From: Candidatus Aenigmarchaeota archaeon ex4484_224
Lineage (GTDB): Archaea; Aenigmatarchaeota; Aenigmatarchaeia; CG10238-14; EX4484-224
DNA length: 41,459 nt
NCBI GenBank assembly: GCA_002254545.1
Contig: NJEA01000001.1
Location: 1-41,459, forward strand
Reading direction: 5' to 3'
This document shows positions 26,280-34,994 of this stretch, piece by piece. A program made the position numbers and the translations under genes. Position 1 is the first letter of the stretch. Each line of letters starts with the position of its first letter. The notes beneath the pieces are model-generated. The model ran no database searches and was not told where the DNA came from. It was given only the letters and a program-made list of their open reading frames with translations.

Positions 26280-26723
26280 TTAAAGTTTTTGTTTTATCGA
26301 TTTAAGAATTTCTATTAGTTCATTTAGCTTTGATATTTTTATTGAAACTGCTCCCACACTTCTAAATTTGCTTGAAGATTTTGCCATGCTATCATGCTTT
26401 GTTTGATTGATTCTTATGAATTTTTCTTGATCAGAATATTTTGGATAAAAAATATCTATCCAAAGTTTATTATCTTTGTCTAAATCTATCCTTGCTACAA
26501 ATTTGGATTTTCCTGTTGAAAAGAAAATTTTGGAAGGTCCTTTTTCTTCATAATCAACTCTTTTTTCTATTAAAAGCCTTTCTAAAATTTTTGAGACTGT
26601 ATGTCTATTCAATTTTAATTCTCTAGCTATTTCAGCTGCTGTTAATCCTCTTATGTTTTTTTCTAATAATTCTAAAACTCTTCTAACATTTTTTGTATCA
26701 TATTCGGATTTGAAATTTACCAT
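26280..26723 (-). CDS. Winged helix-turn-helix transcriptional regulator (MarR/TrmB-like N-terminal domain)
   Basis: 'LTAAEIARELKLNRHTVSKILERLLIEKRVDYEEKG'. The C-terminal half is uncharacterised. Confidence 0.6.
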   Translation of the reverse strand: MVNFKSEYDTKNVRRVLELLEKNIRGLTAAEIARELKLNRHTVSKILERLLIEKRVDYEEKGPSKIFFSTGKSKFVARIDLDKDNKLWIDIFYPKYSDQEKFIRINQTKHDSMAKSSSKFRSVGAVSIKISKLNELIEILKSIKQKL

Positions 26724-26790
26724 AGTAAAATTTATATAAGAATAGCTATTTAAAATTTTCTATAATATAATGTATAGACAATAAGTTATA

Positions 26791-26798
26791 GGAGGTGA
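26791..26798 (+). promoter_or_regulatory. Strong Shine-Dalgarno-like GGAGGTGA, 4 nt upstream of ATG 26803
   Basis: Read directly. Most neighbouring genes lack such a site and look leaderless. Confidence 0.45.
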
Positions 26799-26802
26799 TA
26801 TA

Positions 26803-27534
26803 ATGCCGTCTATAACTTTGTTAAAGTTTGAGAAAGATGTGAAAATAGAAGAAGTTGTCAGAAAGTTTAATGGAAAGAAAGATATTTTTGAAATCAAAGC
26901 GAAAAAATCAAACTTTAATTCCCATGAAGCAATAATAGAGTTTGAATATGAAGTGAATTTGGAAGAAGAAATTAAGAAAAGATTTGGAATTGAAATTAAA
27001 GAATTGAAGAATTTGAAAACAAAAAGAAGGGTAATTGCTTTTTTAAATAATTTTACAAAAACTTTTGAAGTTTATAGAGGGTTTGATTATTTGTGTAAGA
27101 AAATAGTAGAAATAGCTGAAGAATTGCTAGGTCAAAATCTTTTTCCTCTAAAGCTCGATGGATTTTCTTTGGTAAAGATAATTAGAAAATTTTCGATTGA
27201 AACAAAACAATTAATGTTTAAAAATATTGATGGATTTTTCTGGAAAGTTATAAGAGGGAAGTCTTTGGAAAAGAATGAAATTGCTTGGAAAGAAATTTTT
27301 AGGAATGTGAATAGTTTAAGAGTTATTAGTTTTAGGCCAAAAATAAGATTTTTGAAAGATGGGACAAAATACCAAATAACTTATAATGCTGAAAAGGGAA
27401 CTTTGAAGTTTTCATCTATGGAAGATTTTAGATATAGGCCTAGGTATGAAATTAGGCAAATTGTGTTTATACTAAACTATTTAAATAGCTTTTTGAATAA
27501 AACTTTAAAGTATGAAATTCCCGAAAGAAGTTAG
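26803..27534 (+). CDS. Hypothetical protein (no recognisable family)
   Basis: 243-aa ORF with a strong SD. Its 3' end overlaps the rpl44e start by 23 nt. Confidence 0.5.
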   Translation: MPSITLLKFEKDVKIEEVVRKFNGKKDIFEIKAKKSNFNSHEAIIEFEYEVNLEEEIKKRFGIEIKELKNLKTKRRVIAFLNNFTKTFEVYRGFDYLCKKIVEIAEELLGQNLFPLKLDGFSLVKIIRKFSIETKQLMFKNIDGFFWKVIRGKSLEKNEIAWKEIFRNVNSLRVISFRPKIRFLKDGTKYQITYNAEKGTLKFSSMEDFRYRPRYEIRQIVFILNYLNSFLNKTLKYEIPERS

Positions 27535-27799
27535 GATTTATTGTCCATATTGCAAGAAGCATACAATTCATGAAGTGATTATTGTAAAAAAGAGACCAAG
27601 AAGTAAGCTTAGCCAAGGACAAAGAAGATTCTTAAGAAAAATGAAAGGGTATGGAAGTTTTCCAAAGGAAAATCCTAAAGGAAGAGAAAAACCAACAAAA
27701 AGGTATGATATAAGGTTTAAATGTAAAGAATGTGGAAAAATCCATACTCATGGAAAAAGTTTTAGAATAAAAAAGCTTGAAATTACAAAGATTTCTTAA
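27512..27799 (+). CDS. rpl44e: 50S ribosomal protein L44e (eL42)
   Basis: 95 aa. '[13 protein letters not shown]...QGQRRF...KCKECGK' is the zinc-ribbon L44e pattern. Confidence 0.9.
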   Translation: MKFPKEVRIYCPYCKKHTIHEVIIVKKRPRSKLSQGQRRFLRKMKGYGSFPKENPKGREKPTKRYDIRFKCKECGKIHTHGKSFRIKKLEITKIS

Positions 27800-27837
27800 G
27801 CAAGCTTTTTTATAGTTAAATTCCATAATGAATTATT

Positions 27838-28170
27838 ATGAAGAAATTTCTGGAAAAGTTAAGAAGAAGAAAAGTTGAAGAAGAAGAGTTTGTAGTTCTT
27901 CCTTTTGAAGAAGAACCTCAAGAAAAAATTAATATAAGAATTGAAAATTTTGGTGGTTTAAGCGATGTTGATAGGATTGTTAAGCTTGTAAGGCAAGGTA
28001 ATATTGTTTTTCTTAGAACAAAAACTTTGCAAAAGAGAGATATAGGACATTTGCAAGCAGGAATTACAAAGCTTAAGAAGGTGTGTGATCAATATGGATG
28101 GGATATAGCTGGAACAGAAGAAGGATATGTTCTAATTGTTCCACGATTTGCCGAAATCGTTAGGGAATAG
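27838..28170 (+). CDS. sepF: SepF-like cell-division protein (DUF552)
   Basis: 110 aa. 'INIRIENFGGLSDVDRIVKLVRQGNIVFLRTKTLQKRDIGHLQAGITKLKKVCDQYGWDIAGTEEGYVLIVP' fits the SepF core layout. Confidence 0.55.
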   Translation: MKKFLEKLRRRKVEEEEFVVLPFEEEPQEKINIRIENFGGLSDVDRIVKLVRQGNIVFLRTKTLQKRDIGHLQAGITKLKKVCDQYGWDIAGTEEGYVLIVPRFAEIVRE

Positions 28171-28171
28171 T

Positions 28172-29209
28172 TTAAAATGGTTTTCTCTTTCTTCTCTTTT
28201 CTACAAATAAATTTATTTTCTTTGATTTTGAAAGTAGAGAGGAGGAAATTTTTTCTATTAAACTTTTTTGCAATCTAACTCTTTTATCAGCTTCTAGCAA
28301 AATTGATGGGATAGCATAATTTTGAGAAATTGTTAGAAAGATTATTAAAGAGGAAATTTGGGAAGCTGAATTTGATGATTTTTTGTAAAAATCTATTCTT
28401 AAAGGAAAATCATTTTTTGTGTTTTGAAGATAGAATGAATAAATTTTGGATGAAAAATTTGAGTCAAAGTGCTTTAAGATTGGATGATTTGAAAAATCAG
28501 AGGAATAGGGAAAAGAAGTTGTTGATTCTAAAAAGTCTAGAACTTGAGAAAGAATAAAAGTATCTTTAAACTTTTGTTCAAATTTAAAATTGAAATTTTC
28601 ATCTAAAAATTCAAGAAATCTCTTTCCTCTGCTATCTTTAACGATTCCAAAAACTTCAGCTTTACTTTTTTCTATAGTTTTGAAAAAATTTCCATAAGAA
28701 GAAATCATTTCATTCCATTTTTCGATTAAAAAATCAGAAGATTGTTCAATAAAAGAATAATGAGGAATTATTGAACCATCTAAAATCAAAAAATCTAAAT
28801 CAAATTTTTCAAGAAGCTCATTTGCTAAAGAAATTTCACTTATTTGTCTTATAATATTTGAAAATAGAGAAAGCTCATTATCTGCCAATGGTTCAAAAAT
28901 TGTTTGGATTTGTGGAGAGGGAAATTTTGAAGGGTAATAAATTATTGAAGAAATTTTTGAGTCTTTAAATTCATAAATTACTCCTAAAGATCTGAAAATT
29001 AACAGATCGAAAGAGGATAAAGATTTTTTAAGGATTGAACCATCAACTGCACCTATTTTTAGATTTAAGTGGTTTGGTAAAGAATTCTTTTGAATTAAAG
29101 AATTTGAAATTAAAAATTTTCTTAAAGAAGAAGAAGTTTTGGCTAAAATTTTGCTTGTTTTTGAAATTTCTTCAGATGCTTTTTGCAAATTTGAAAAAAA
29201 TTCTTGCAT
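28172..29209 (-). CDS. nurA: NurA-domain 5'-3' nuclease-like protein
   Basis: 345 aa. 'KIGAVDGS', 'DFLILDGSI' and the C-terminal 'YAIPSILLEADKRVRL' parallel the NurA catalytic motifs. Confidence 0.55.
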   Translation of the reverse strand: MQEFFSNLQKASEEISKTSKILAKTSSSLRKFLISNSLIQKNSLPNHLNLKIGAVDGSILKKSLSSFDLLIFRSLGVIYEFKDSKISSIIYYPSKFPSPQIQTIFEPLADNELSLFSNIIRQISEISLANELLEKFDLDFLILDGSIIPHYSFIEQSSDFLIEKWNEMISSYGNFFKTIEKSKAEVFGIVKDSRGKRFLEFLDENFNFKFEQKFKDTFILSQVLDFLESTTSFPYSSDFSNHPILKHFDSNFSSKIYSFYLQNTKNDFPLRIDFYKKSSNSASQISSLIIFLTISQNYAIPSILLEADKRVRLQKSLIEKISSSLLSKSKKINLFVEKRRKRKPF

Positions 29210-29303
29210 AAGAAAAGAATTTAAAATTTTTATTTAAAAGTGTTTTGTAAGAAAATTTCAAAAGAATTTTAAATTAAAGAAAGAAATTTATTGTTGTGAA
29301 AAA

Positions 29304-30596
29304 ATGGAAAGAAAATTTACGAATGAAATTACAAAAGAGTTAGTTGGAAAAAAAGTATTAGTTAAAGGTTGGGTTTTTGATGTAAGAGTTTTGGGAGGAA
29401 TTAATTTTGTTGTTTTGAGAGATAAGAATGGATATATCCAAATTACTGCTAAGAAAGGAGAAGTAAAAGATGTAATTTTGCAAATTGTTTCTAAATTGCA
29501 TCAAGAAGATGTAATTGAAGTTGAAGGAATTGTTAAAGAATCGAAGCAAGCAAAAAAAGGAGTGGAAATTTTACCAGAGAAAATTGAAGTTATTAGTAAA
29601 GCTGAAGTTCCTTTGCCTTTAGATCCAAGAATGGTAACTCCTGCAAATTTAGATACAAAATTAAATTGGAGGTTTTTATGGTTTAGGACTGAAGAAGCAA
29701 GAGCAATTTTTGGCATTCAAAATGAAATTTTGAAAGCATTTAGAGAGTTTTTTTATAATAATGGATTTATTGAAATGCAACCTCCTATTATAATTGGTTC
29801 TGCTAGTGAAGGAGGTGCTGAACTTTTTGAATTACCATATTTTGAGAAAAAGGCTTATTTAGCACAATCTCCTCAATTATATAAACAAATGGGAGCAGTT
29901 TCTTTTGAAAGAGTTTTTATGATAACTCCAATTTTTAGAGCGGAAAAATTTGATCAGCCAACACATTTAAATGAAGTAAGACAAATGGATGTGGAAATTG
30001 CTTTTGCTGATTATGAAGAAGCTATGGATTGGCTTGAAAAAGCTTTGGTTTATATAGTAGAAAGTGTTTTGAAAAATAGAAAGAAAGAATTGGAAGTTTT
30101 GAATGTTGAATTAAAAGTTCCTAAACAACCATTTCCAAGAATTACTTATGAAGAAGCTATTAAAGCTTTGCAGAAAGAAGGAGAAAAAATTGAGTATGGA
30201 GATGATTTTAGTAAATTGCAAGAAAGAAAGTTGGGAGAAATTTTTGGGGAGGCATTTTTTATAAAAGATTGGCCAGAAGAACAAAAAGCTTTTTATGCTA
30301 TGCCAAAAGAAGATAATCCAAAAATTGTAAAAGCTTTTGATTTGATTTATAAGGGATTGGAAATTTCTTCTGGAACACAAAGAATTCATATTCCCGAATT
30401 GCTTGAAAAAAGAATTAGAGAAAAAGGACTAGATCCAAAAGATTTTAAGTTTTATATTGATGCTTTTAGGTATGGTGCTCCTCCACATTCTGGATGGTCT
30501 ATTGGATTAGAAAGATTAACAATGCAAATTTGTGGAAAGAAGAATATAAAAGAAGTTACAATGTTTCCAAGAACTAGAGAAAGAATTACTCCTTAG
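29304..30596 (+). CDS. aspS: Aspartyl-tRNA synthetase, archaeal type
   Basis: 430 aa with an N-terminal OB anticodon-binding domain. Motif 2 is 'FRAEKFDQPTHLNEVRQMDVEIAF', followed by 'SSGTQRIH'. Motif 3 is 'GAPPHSGWSIGLERL'. Confidence 0.9.
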   Translation: MERKFTNEITKELVGKKVLVKGWVFDVRVLGGINFVVLRDKNGYIQITAKKGEVKDVILQIVSKLHQEDVIEVEGIVKESKQAKKGVEILPEKIEVISKAEVPLPLDPRMVTPANLDTKLNWRFLWFRTEEARAIFGIQNEILKAFREFFYNNGFIEMQPPIIIGSASEGGAELFELPYFEKKAYLAQSPQLYKQMGAVSFERVFMITPIFRAEKFDQPTHLNEVRQMDVEIAFADYEEAMDWLEKALVYIVESVLKNRKKELEVLNVELKVPKQPFPRITYEEAIKALQKEGEKIEYGDDFSKLQERKLGEIFGEAFFIKDWPEEQKAFYAMPKEDNPKIVKAFDLIYKGLEISSGTQRIHIPELLEKRIREKGLDPKDFKFYIDAFRYGAPPHSGWSIGLERLTMQICGKKNIKEVTMFPRTRERITP

Positions 30597-30604
30597 GTTA
30601 GAAA

Positions 30605-31369
30605 ATGGTAAATTGGGATAAATTTAAAACTTTTGTTTTTGATCTAGATGGAGTTATTTGGAATTATCCTGAAGTAATTGAAGGTGCTGATAGGGTAATT
30701 AATAGGTTAAAAGAAATTGGAAAGCAAGTTTTGATAATAACAAATTATACTTCTCTTTCTAGAGAAAATTTGGTAAAAGAATTAAGAAAGAGAGGAATTG
30801 AAATTGAGAAAGAAGAAATTATAAATCCTTGCTATGTTTTGGCTTTAAATTTAAAAGGAAATGAAAGAGTTTTGGTAATTGGAAATGAAGCTAAAAAAGA
30901 TTTGGAAGAATTTAATGTAAATGTTGTTGATGATTTGCCAGCAGATATACTTTTTGTAACTCATGATATGCAATTTAATTATGAAAAATTGGTTTTAGGT
31001 TTTAAAGCTTTGATTAATGGAGCAAAGTTTTTTGCAAGTTCTTTGGATAAAGAATGGCTACATGGAAAAGAAAGAGTTCCTGGCACTGGAGCTTTAGTAA
31101 AAGCTTTTGAATATTGCTCTAATGTAAAAGCTGAATTAATTGGAAAGCCTAGTGAATATATGAGGTTTGCTATGGAATTGAATGTTTTAAGTCCAAGAAA
31201 AGAAGTTGTTTATTTTGGAGATCAATTGGATAAAGATATAGCTTTTGCTAAAAAATCTAAGTATTTTACTGTTTGGGTTTTAAGTGGAATTGGAAAAAAG
31301 GAAGATTTGAAAAAAAGTAAAGCAAAACCAAATTTGATTTTGAAAAGTTTGAAAGAAGTTAAAATTTAA
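30605..31369 (+). CDS. HAD-superfamily hydrolase, subfamily IIA (NagD/PGP-like phosphatase)
   Basis: 'FVFDLDGVIW', 'IITNYTS', 'IGKPS' and 'YFGDQLDKDI'. Confidence 0.7.
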   Translation: MVNWDKFKTFVFDLDGVIWNYPEVIEGADRVINRLKEIGKQVLIITNYTSLSRENLVKELRKRGIEIEKEEIINPCYVLALNLKGNERVLVIGNEAKKDLEEFNVNVVDDLPADILFVTHDMQFNYEKLVLGFKALINGAKFFASSLDKEWLHGKERVPGTGALVKAFEYCSNVKAELIGKPSEYMRFAMELNVLSPRKEVVYFGDQLDKDIAFAKKSKYFTVWVLSGIGKKEDLKKSKAKPNLILKSLKEVKI

Positions 31370-31572
31370 AAAATCATTTTTTCTTCAAGAATTATTGCTT
31401 GACCTCCTTTTTGTTTGATTAAAGAAGCTAGAGAAATTAGAAAGTTTAAATTTTCATGCTTCCAAAGAGAATGATGAACTTTTTTAGCTCCATTTCTTCT
31501 TAACTCTCTAAAAACTCTAACTCTCAAAGTTGAAAAATTTCTTGGGATATCAAAAGATAAAAGATAACTCAT
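31366..31572 (-). CDS. Small orphan protein, Cas2-like ferredoxin fold (alternative: ribbon-helix-helix DNA binder)
   Basis: 68 aa. 'YLLSFDIPRN..LRVRVFRELRRNGAKKVHHSLWKHENLN...QAIILEEK' parallels the Cas2 beta1(YDI)-alpha1-beta2(QxSVF)-alpha2-beta layout. The N-terminal strand plus two helices would also fit an RHH fold. Confidence 0.35.
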   Translation of the reverse strand: MSYLLSFDIPRNFSTLRVRVFRELRRNGAKKVHHSLWKHENLNFLISLASLIKQKGGQAIILEEKMIF

Positions 31573-31576
31573 AATT

Positions 31577-31592
31577 TGTAATACGTATTACA
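31577..31592. promoter_or_regulatory. Perfect 16-bp palindrome TGTAATACGTATTACA between a TTTATATAAA box and the start of the 68-aa gene (candidate operator)
   Basis: Read directly. The palindrome is followed (minus-strand upstream) by the TATA-like box at about 31593-31604. The start codon is at 31570-31572. Confidence 0.5.
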
Positions 31593-31636
31593 TTTATATA
31601 AATACTTTTCTATAGTAAACTAAATAATTTATTAGC

Positions 31637-32296
31637 TTATTCTAACTTTTTCCAAAAATCTTCAAATGAAACTTTCTTTCTATTTCTTCTTAATTTAATA
31701 ACTTTCATACCAACTTTTCTTGCACCATCTACTTCTTCCTTGTCATGCCCAACAAAAACACTTTCCTCTGGCTTAACCCCAAAGTACTTTAAAACAAACA
31801 AATATGCTTCTTTTTCCGGTTTTTCAAAACCTATCATGTTAGAATGAAAAATTTTATCATAATGTTTTCCTTTTTCTATTCCAATTTTCTTAAGCATTTC
31901 TATTTTCCATCTCAAAGGATGTACAGAATTAGAAAGAATAGCAACTTTAATTCTTCTTTTCTTAAGCTCTTCCATTATCCTCTTTATATCTCTGTAAACT
32001 CTTACATACTTTACATTAATTTCTTTATCTTTTTTCAGCCATTCTCTTACTTTACTTTTTGGTATTCCAAATTTTTTATACACAATTTCATTAACTTCTC
32101 TTAATTTAATCTTTCCTCTTATTATTTTTGGATAGTATTTCAACCATTCTTTATGTTGATCTTTATACTTAACTCCAAACTTTTTAAGAAACTTTGAATA
32201 TTCCTTTCTAAAAACTTCAATAACCTTTCCACAATTATAAACAATTCCCTCTCCATCAAAAACAACTAGTTTAACTTTCATAAATATATTTTTCAT
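31637..32296 (-). CDS. HAD-superfamily hydrolase (subfamily IA-like phosphatase)
   Basis: 'LVVFDGEGIV', 'VAILSNS' and 'FVGHDKEEVDGARKVGMKVI'. Confidence 0.65.
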   Translation of the reverse strand: MKNIFMKVKLVVFDGEGIVYNCGKVIEVFRKEYSKFLKKFGVKYKDQHKEWLKYYPKIIRGKIKLREVNEIVYKKFGIPKSKVREWLKKDKEINVKYVRVYRDIKRIMEELKKRRIKVAILSNSVHPLRWKIEMLKKIGIEKGKHYDKIFHSNMIGFEKPEKEAYLFVLKYFGVKPEESVFVGHDKEEVDGARKVGMKVIKLRRNRKKVSFEDFWKKLE

Positions 32297-32312
32297 CTAA
32301 AAATTTTTCTTT

Positions 32313-34295
32313 ATGGAAAATTTAAACCAAGAAATTGCAATAGTTACATGTGCTTTACCTTATTCAAATGGAGAGCCTCATTTAGGCCATTTAGCATCAA
32401 CTTACTTACCAGCAGATATTTTAGTAAGATTTCTAAGAATGATTGGAAAAAAAGTTTTTTTCATTTCTGGAAGTGATGATTATGGAACTCCAATTTTAAT
32501 TTCTGCTGAAAAAGAAGGAAAAAAACCGGAAGAATACATTAAAAAATGGTGGAAAGTTTGGCAAGAAGATTTAGAAAAAGTTTCTATTAAATTTGATTTT
32601 TATGGTCATACATATTCTGATTACCATAACCAATTAGCCCAATACTTTTTCAAAAAAATAAAAGAAAATGGATTTATTTATGAAAAAGAAATTGAACAAT
32701 TCTATTGTCCAAAATGTAAAAGATTTTTGCCAGATAGATATGTAATTGGAACTTGCCCTTATTGTGGAGCTCGAAACCAATATGGAGATGTTTGTGAAAT
32801 TTGTGGAAGAACTTATTCTCCTTTAGAATTAAAAGATCCAAGATGTGCAATTTGTGGTTCAAAACCAATAATCAAAAAATCTAAACATTATTTCTTCAAA
32901 CTTTCTTCGTTTTCAGAAAAATTAAGAGAATGGCTAATTTCAAACAAAAATTTGCAAAATGAAGTTAAAAATTATGTTCTAGCTTGGATAAAAGAAGGGC
33001 TAAAAGATTGGGATATATCTAGAGATATAGAATGGGGAGTTCCAATTCCAAATGAAAACAAAAAAGTTCTTTATGGATGGTTTGAAAACCATATTGGCTA
33101 TATCTCTTTCTTTTTAGAATTAGCAAAGCAATTAAATTTGAATGGAAAAGAAATTTGGAATAAAGCAACAATTTACCATTTTATTGGAAAAGATATAGTA
33201 TATCACCATTATCTTTTCCTTCCTGCAGAAAGAATGGCAGAAGGTTCTTTCAAATTGCCAGATTTTATACCAACAAGAGGTTATTTGCTTTTGGAAGATC
33301 AAAAATTTTCAAAAAGCAGAAATTGGTATATCAGCATAAAAGATTTTGTTTCAAAATTTGATTCAGATTATTTAAGGTATTATTTAGCTTCTATTGTTAG
33401 TTATAGTCAACAAGATTCAAACTTTAAATGGAAAGATTTTGAATCTAAAATAAATAATGAATTAATTTCAATAATTGCAAATTTTATTCATAGGGTTTTA
33501 ACTTTTGCTTGGAATAATTTTGAAGGAAAAATACCAAAGCCTAAAGAATTTGATTCTTTAGATAAAAATTTTGAAAAAGAAATTCAGCAATTTAGGCAAA
33601 AATATTTAAAAACAATGAATTCTTTGCATTTTGATAAAGCTTTAAAACAAATAGTTGAATTTGCTTCTAAATGCAATCAATATTTCCAAACAAAAAAGCC
33701 TTGGGAAACAAAAGATCCAAATTCAATTTATTTAGGATTTAAAGCTTCTTTAGAAATTTCTTTAGCTCTATATCCATTCATTCCAAACAAAATTGAAAAA
33801 CTTTGGGAAATTTTTAATTTGGATATACCAAAAGAAAATGCTTATTCTTTGAACTTTAAAATTGAAAACCATTCAATCAAAAAACCAAAAATTATTTTTG
33901 AAAAAATTGATCCAAAGCTAGTTGAAAATGAAATTAATAAATTGAGAAAAATTAAAAAAGAAAACATGAAAGAAATTTCAATCGATGAATTTAGAAAAAT
34001 TGAAATGAAAGTTGGTAAAGTTTTGGAAGTAGAAGAAATTCCAGGATCAAAAAATTTATATAAGCTTATAGTTGATTTTGGAAATGAAAAAAGACAAGTA
34101 ATTTCTGGTTTGAAAAAATATTATAAGCCAGAAGATCTTAAAAACAAAAAATTTGTTTTTGTCACAAACTTAGAAAGAAAAAAATTTATGGGATATGAAA
34201 GTCAAGCAATGATTTTGGCTGCTGAGGATTCAAAAGGAAATGTAATTTTAATAGTTCCAGAAAAAGATGTGGAAGTAGGATCAAAAATTCTTTAG
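32313..34295 (+). CDS. metG: Methionyl-tRNA synthetase with C-terminal Trbp111/EMAP-like tRNA-binding domain
   Basis: HIGH motif 'PHLGH', KMSKS-type 'KFSKS', zinc knuckles 'CPKC...CPYCG...CEICG...CAICG', and C-terminal 'MKVGKVLEVEEIPGSKNLYKLIVDFG'. Confidence 0.95.
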   Translation: MENLNQEIAIVTCALPYSNGEPHLGHLASTYLPADILVRFLRMIGKKVFFISGSDDYGTPILISAEKEGKKPEEYIKKWWKVWQEDLEKVSIKFDFYGHTYSDYHNQLAQYFFKKIKENGFIYEKEIEQFYCPKCKRFLPDRYVIGTCPYCGARNQYGDVCEICGRTYSPLELKDPRCAICGSKPIIKKSKHYFFKLSSFSEKLREWLISNKNLQNEVKNYVLAWIKEGLKDWDISRDIEWGVPIPNENKKVLYGWFENHIGYISFFLELAKQLNLNGKEIWNKATIYHFIGKDIVYHHYLFLPAERMAEGSFKLPDFIPTRGYLLLEDQKFSKSRNWYISIKDFVSKFDSDYLRYYLASIVSYSQQDSNFKWKDFESKINNELISIIANFIHRVLTFAWNNFEGKIPKPKEFDSLDKNFEKEIQQFRQKYLKTMNSLHFDKALKQIVEFASKCNQYFQTKKPWETKDPNSIYLGFKASLEISLALYPFIPNKIEKLWEIFNLDIPKENAYSLNFKIENHSIKKPKIIFEKIDPKLVENEINKLRKIKKENMKEISIDEFRKIEMKVGKVLEVEEIPGSKNLYKLIVDFGNEKRQVISGLKKYYKPEDLKNKKFVFVTNLERKKFMGYESQAMILAAEDSKGNVILIVPEKDVEVGSKIL

Positions 34296-34931
34296 TTTTT
34301 CTTCCCAATTTTTAATTTTGCTCAATCTTTCAAATTTATCAAAAACTTTTAATCCAATACAATATTCAACTATTTCCTTAAAGTTTCTAGCTTTTTTAAT
34401 AAATTCATTTTCTTCAAAATTTCTATTCCAAGCCTTTTCAATCAAAATTAAAAATTTATTTCTTGGTTTTTCTTTCAAAAAAATTTCTGCTAAAATTGGG
34501 CTATCATCTATAAAAACATTATAATTTAAATTAAACTTTTCTTCCCAAGTATCAACCCAAACGATTTCATCATAAAAAATTGAATTCATTTCAAGCCATT
34601 TCCTAATTTTATCAACAAATGGATTTAAAGTAACTATATCTAGTTTTTCAGAAATTTCTTTTAAGAAAAAGGTCATTTTGCTTAAATCTTCATCAAAGGT
34701 AGGTTTTAAAATTTCAAAATTGCTATTCCAAACTTTTCTATAAAAAGAAACAAACTCTTTTTGAACTTTCTTATGATCTATTCCAAATTTTTCTTCCAAA
34801 CTTTTAAACATCCAATCTTTTATATCTTCTCTTGTAATTCCAATGCCAAATCTTTTATTAAAATAGTTAATAAAAGCTAAATTAAAATCTACCAAAGTTT
34901 CGTCAAAATCCAAAGCAATTCTTAATTTCAT
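34281..34931 (-). CDS. HAD-like hydrolase, 5'(3')-nucleotidase-like
   Basis: 'RIALDFDETLVDF' is HAD motif I, and 'VFIDDSP' is a late acidic motif. The subfamily assignment is tentative. Confidence 0.45.
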   Translation of the reverse strand: MKLRIALDFDETLVDFNLAFINYFNKRFGIGITREDIKDWMFKSLEEKFGIDHKKVQKEFVSFYRKVWNSNFEILKPTFDEDLSKMTFFLKEISEKLDIVTLNPFVDKIRKWLEMNSIFYDEIVWVDTWEEKFNLNYNVFIDDSPILAEIFLKEKPRNKFLILIEKAWNRNFEENEFIKKARNFKEIVEYCIGLKVFDKFERLSKIKNWEEKLKNF

Positions 34932-34994
34932 GCTATTTTTTTCATTGTTTGAAATCTTTAAAAGCTTTTATCACTAGGTTTTCAAAAAATAATT

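Noticed and set aside
31366-31636. A CRISPR-Cas locus around the Cas2-like gene
   Set aside because: There is no repeat-spacer periodicity anywhere in the window. The largest non-coding gap is about 190 nt, and both neighbours are HAD phosphatases.
30605-34931. Three HAD-superfamily hydrolases interleaved with aspS and metG as a functional 'system'
   Set aside because: The genes are on different strands with separate promoters. HAD phosphatases are abundant generic housekeeping enzymes, and there is no shared regulatory motif.
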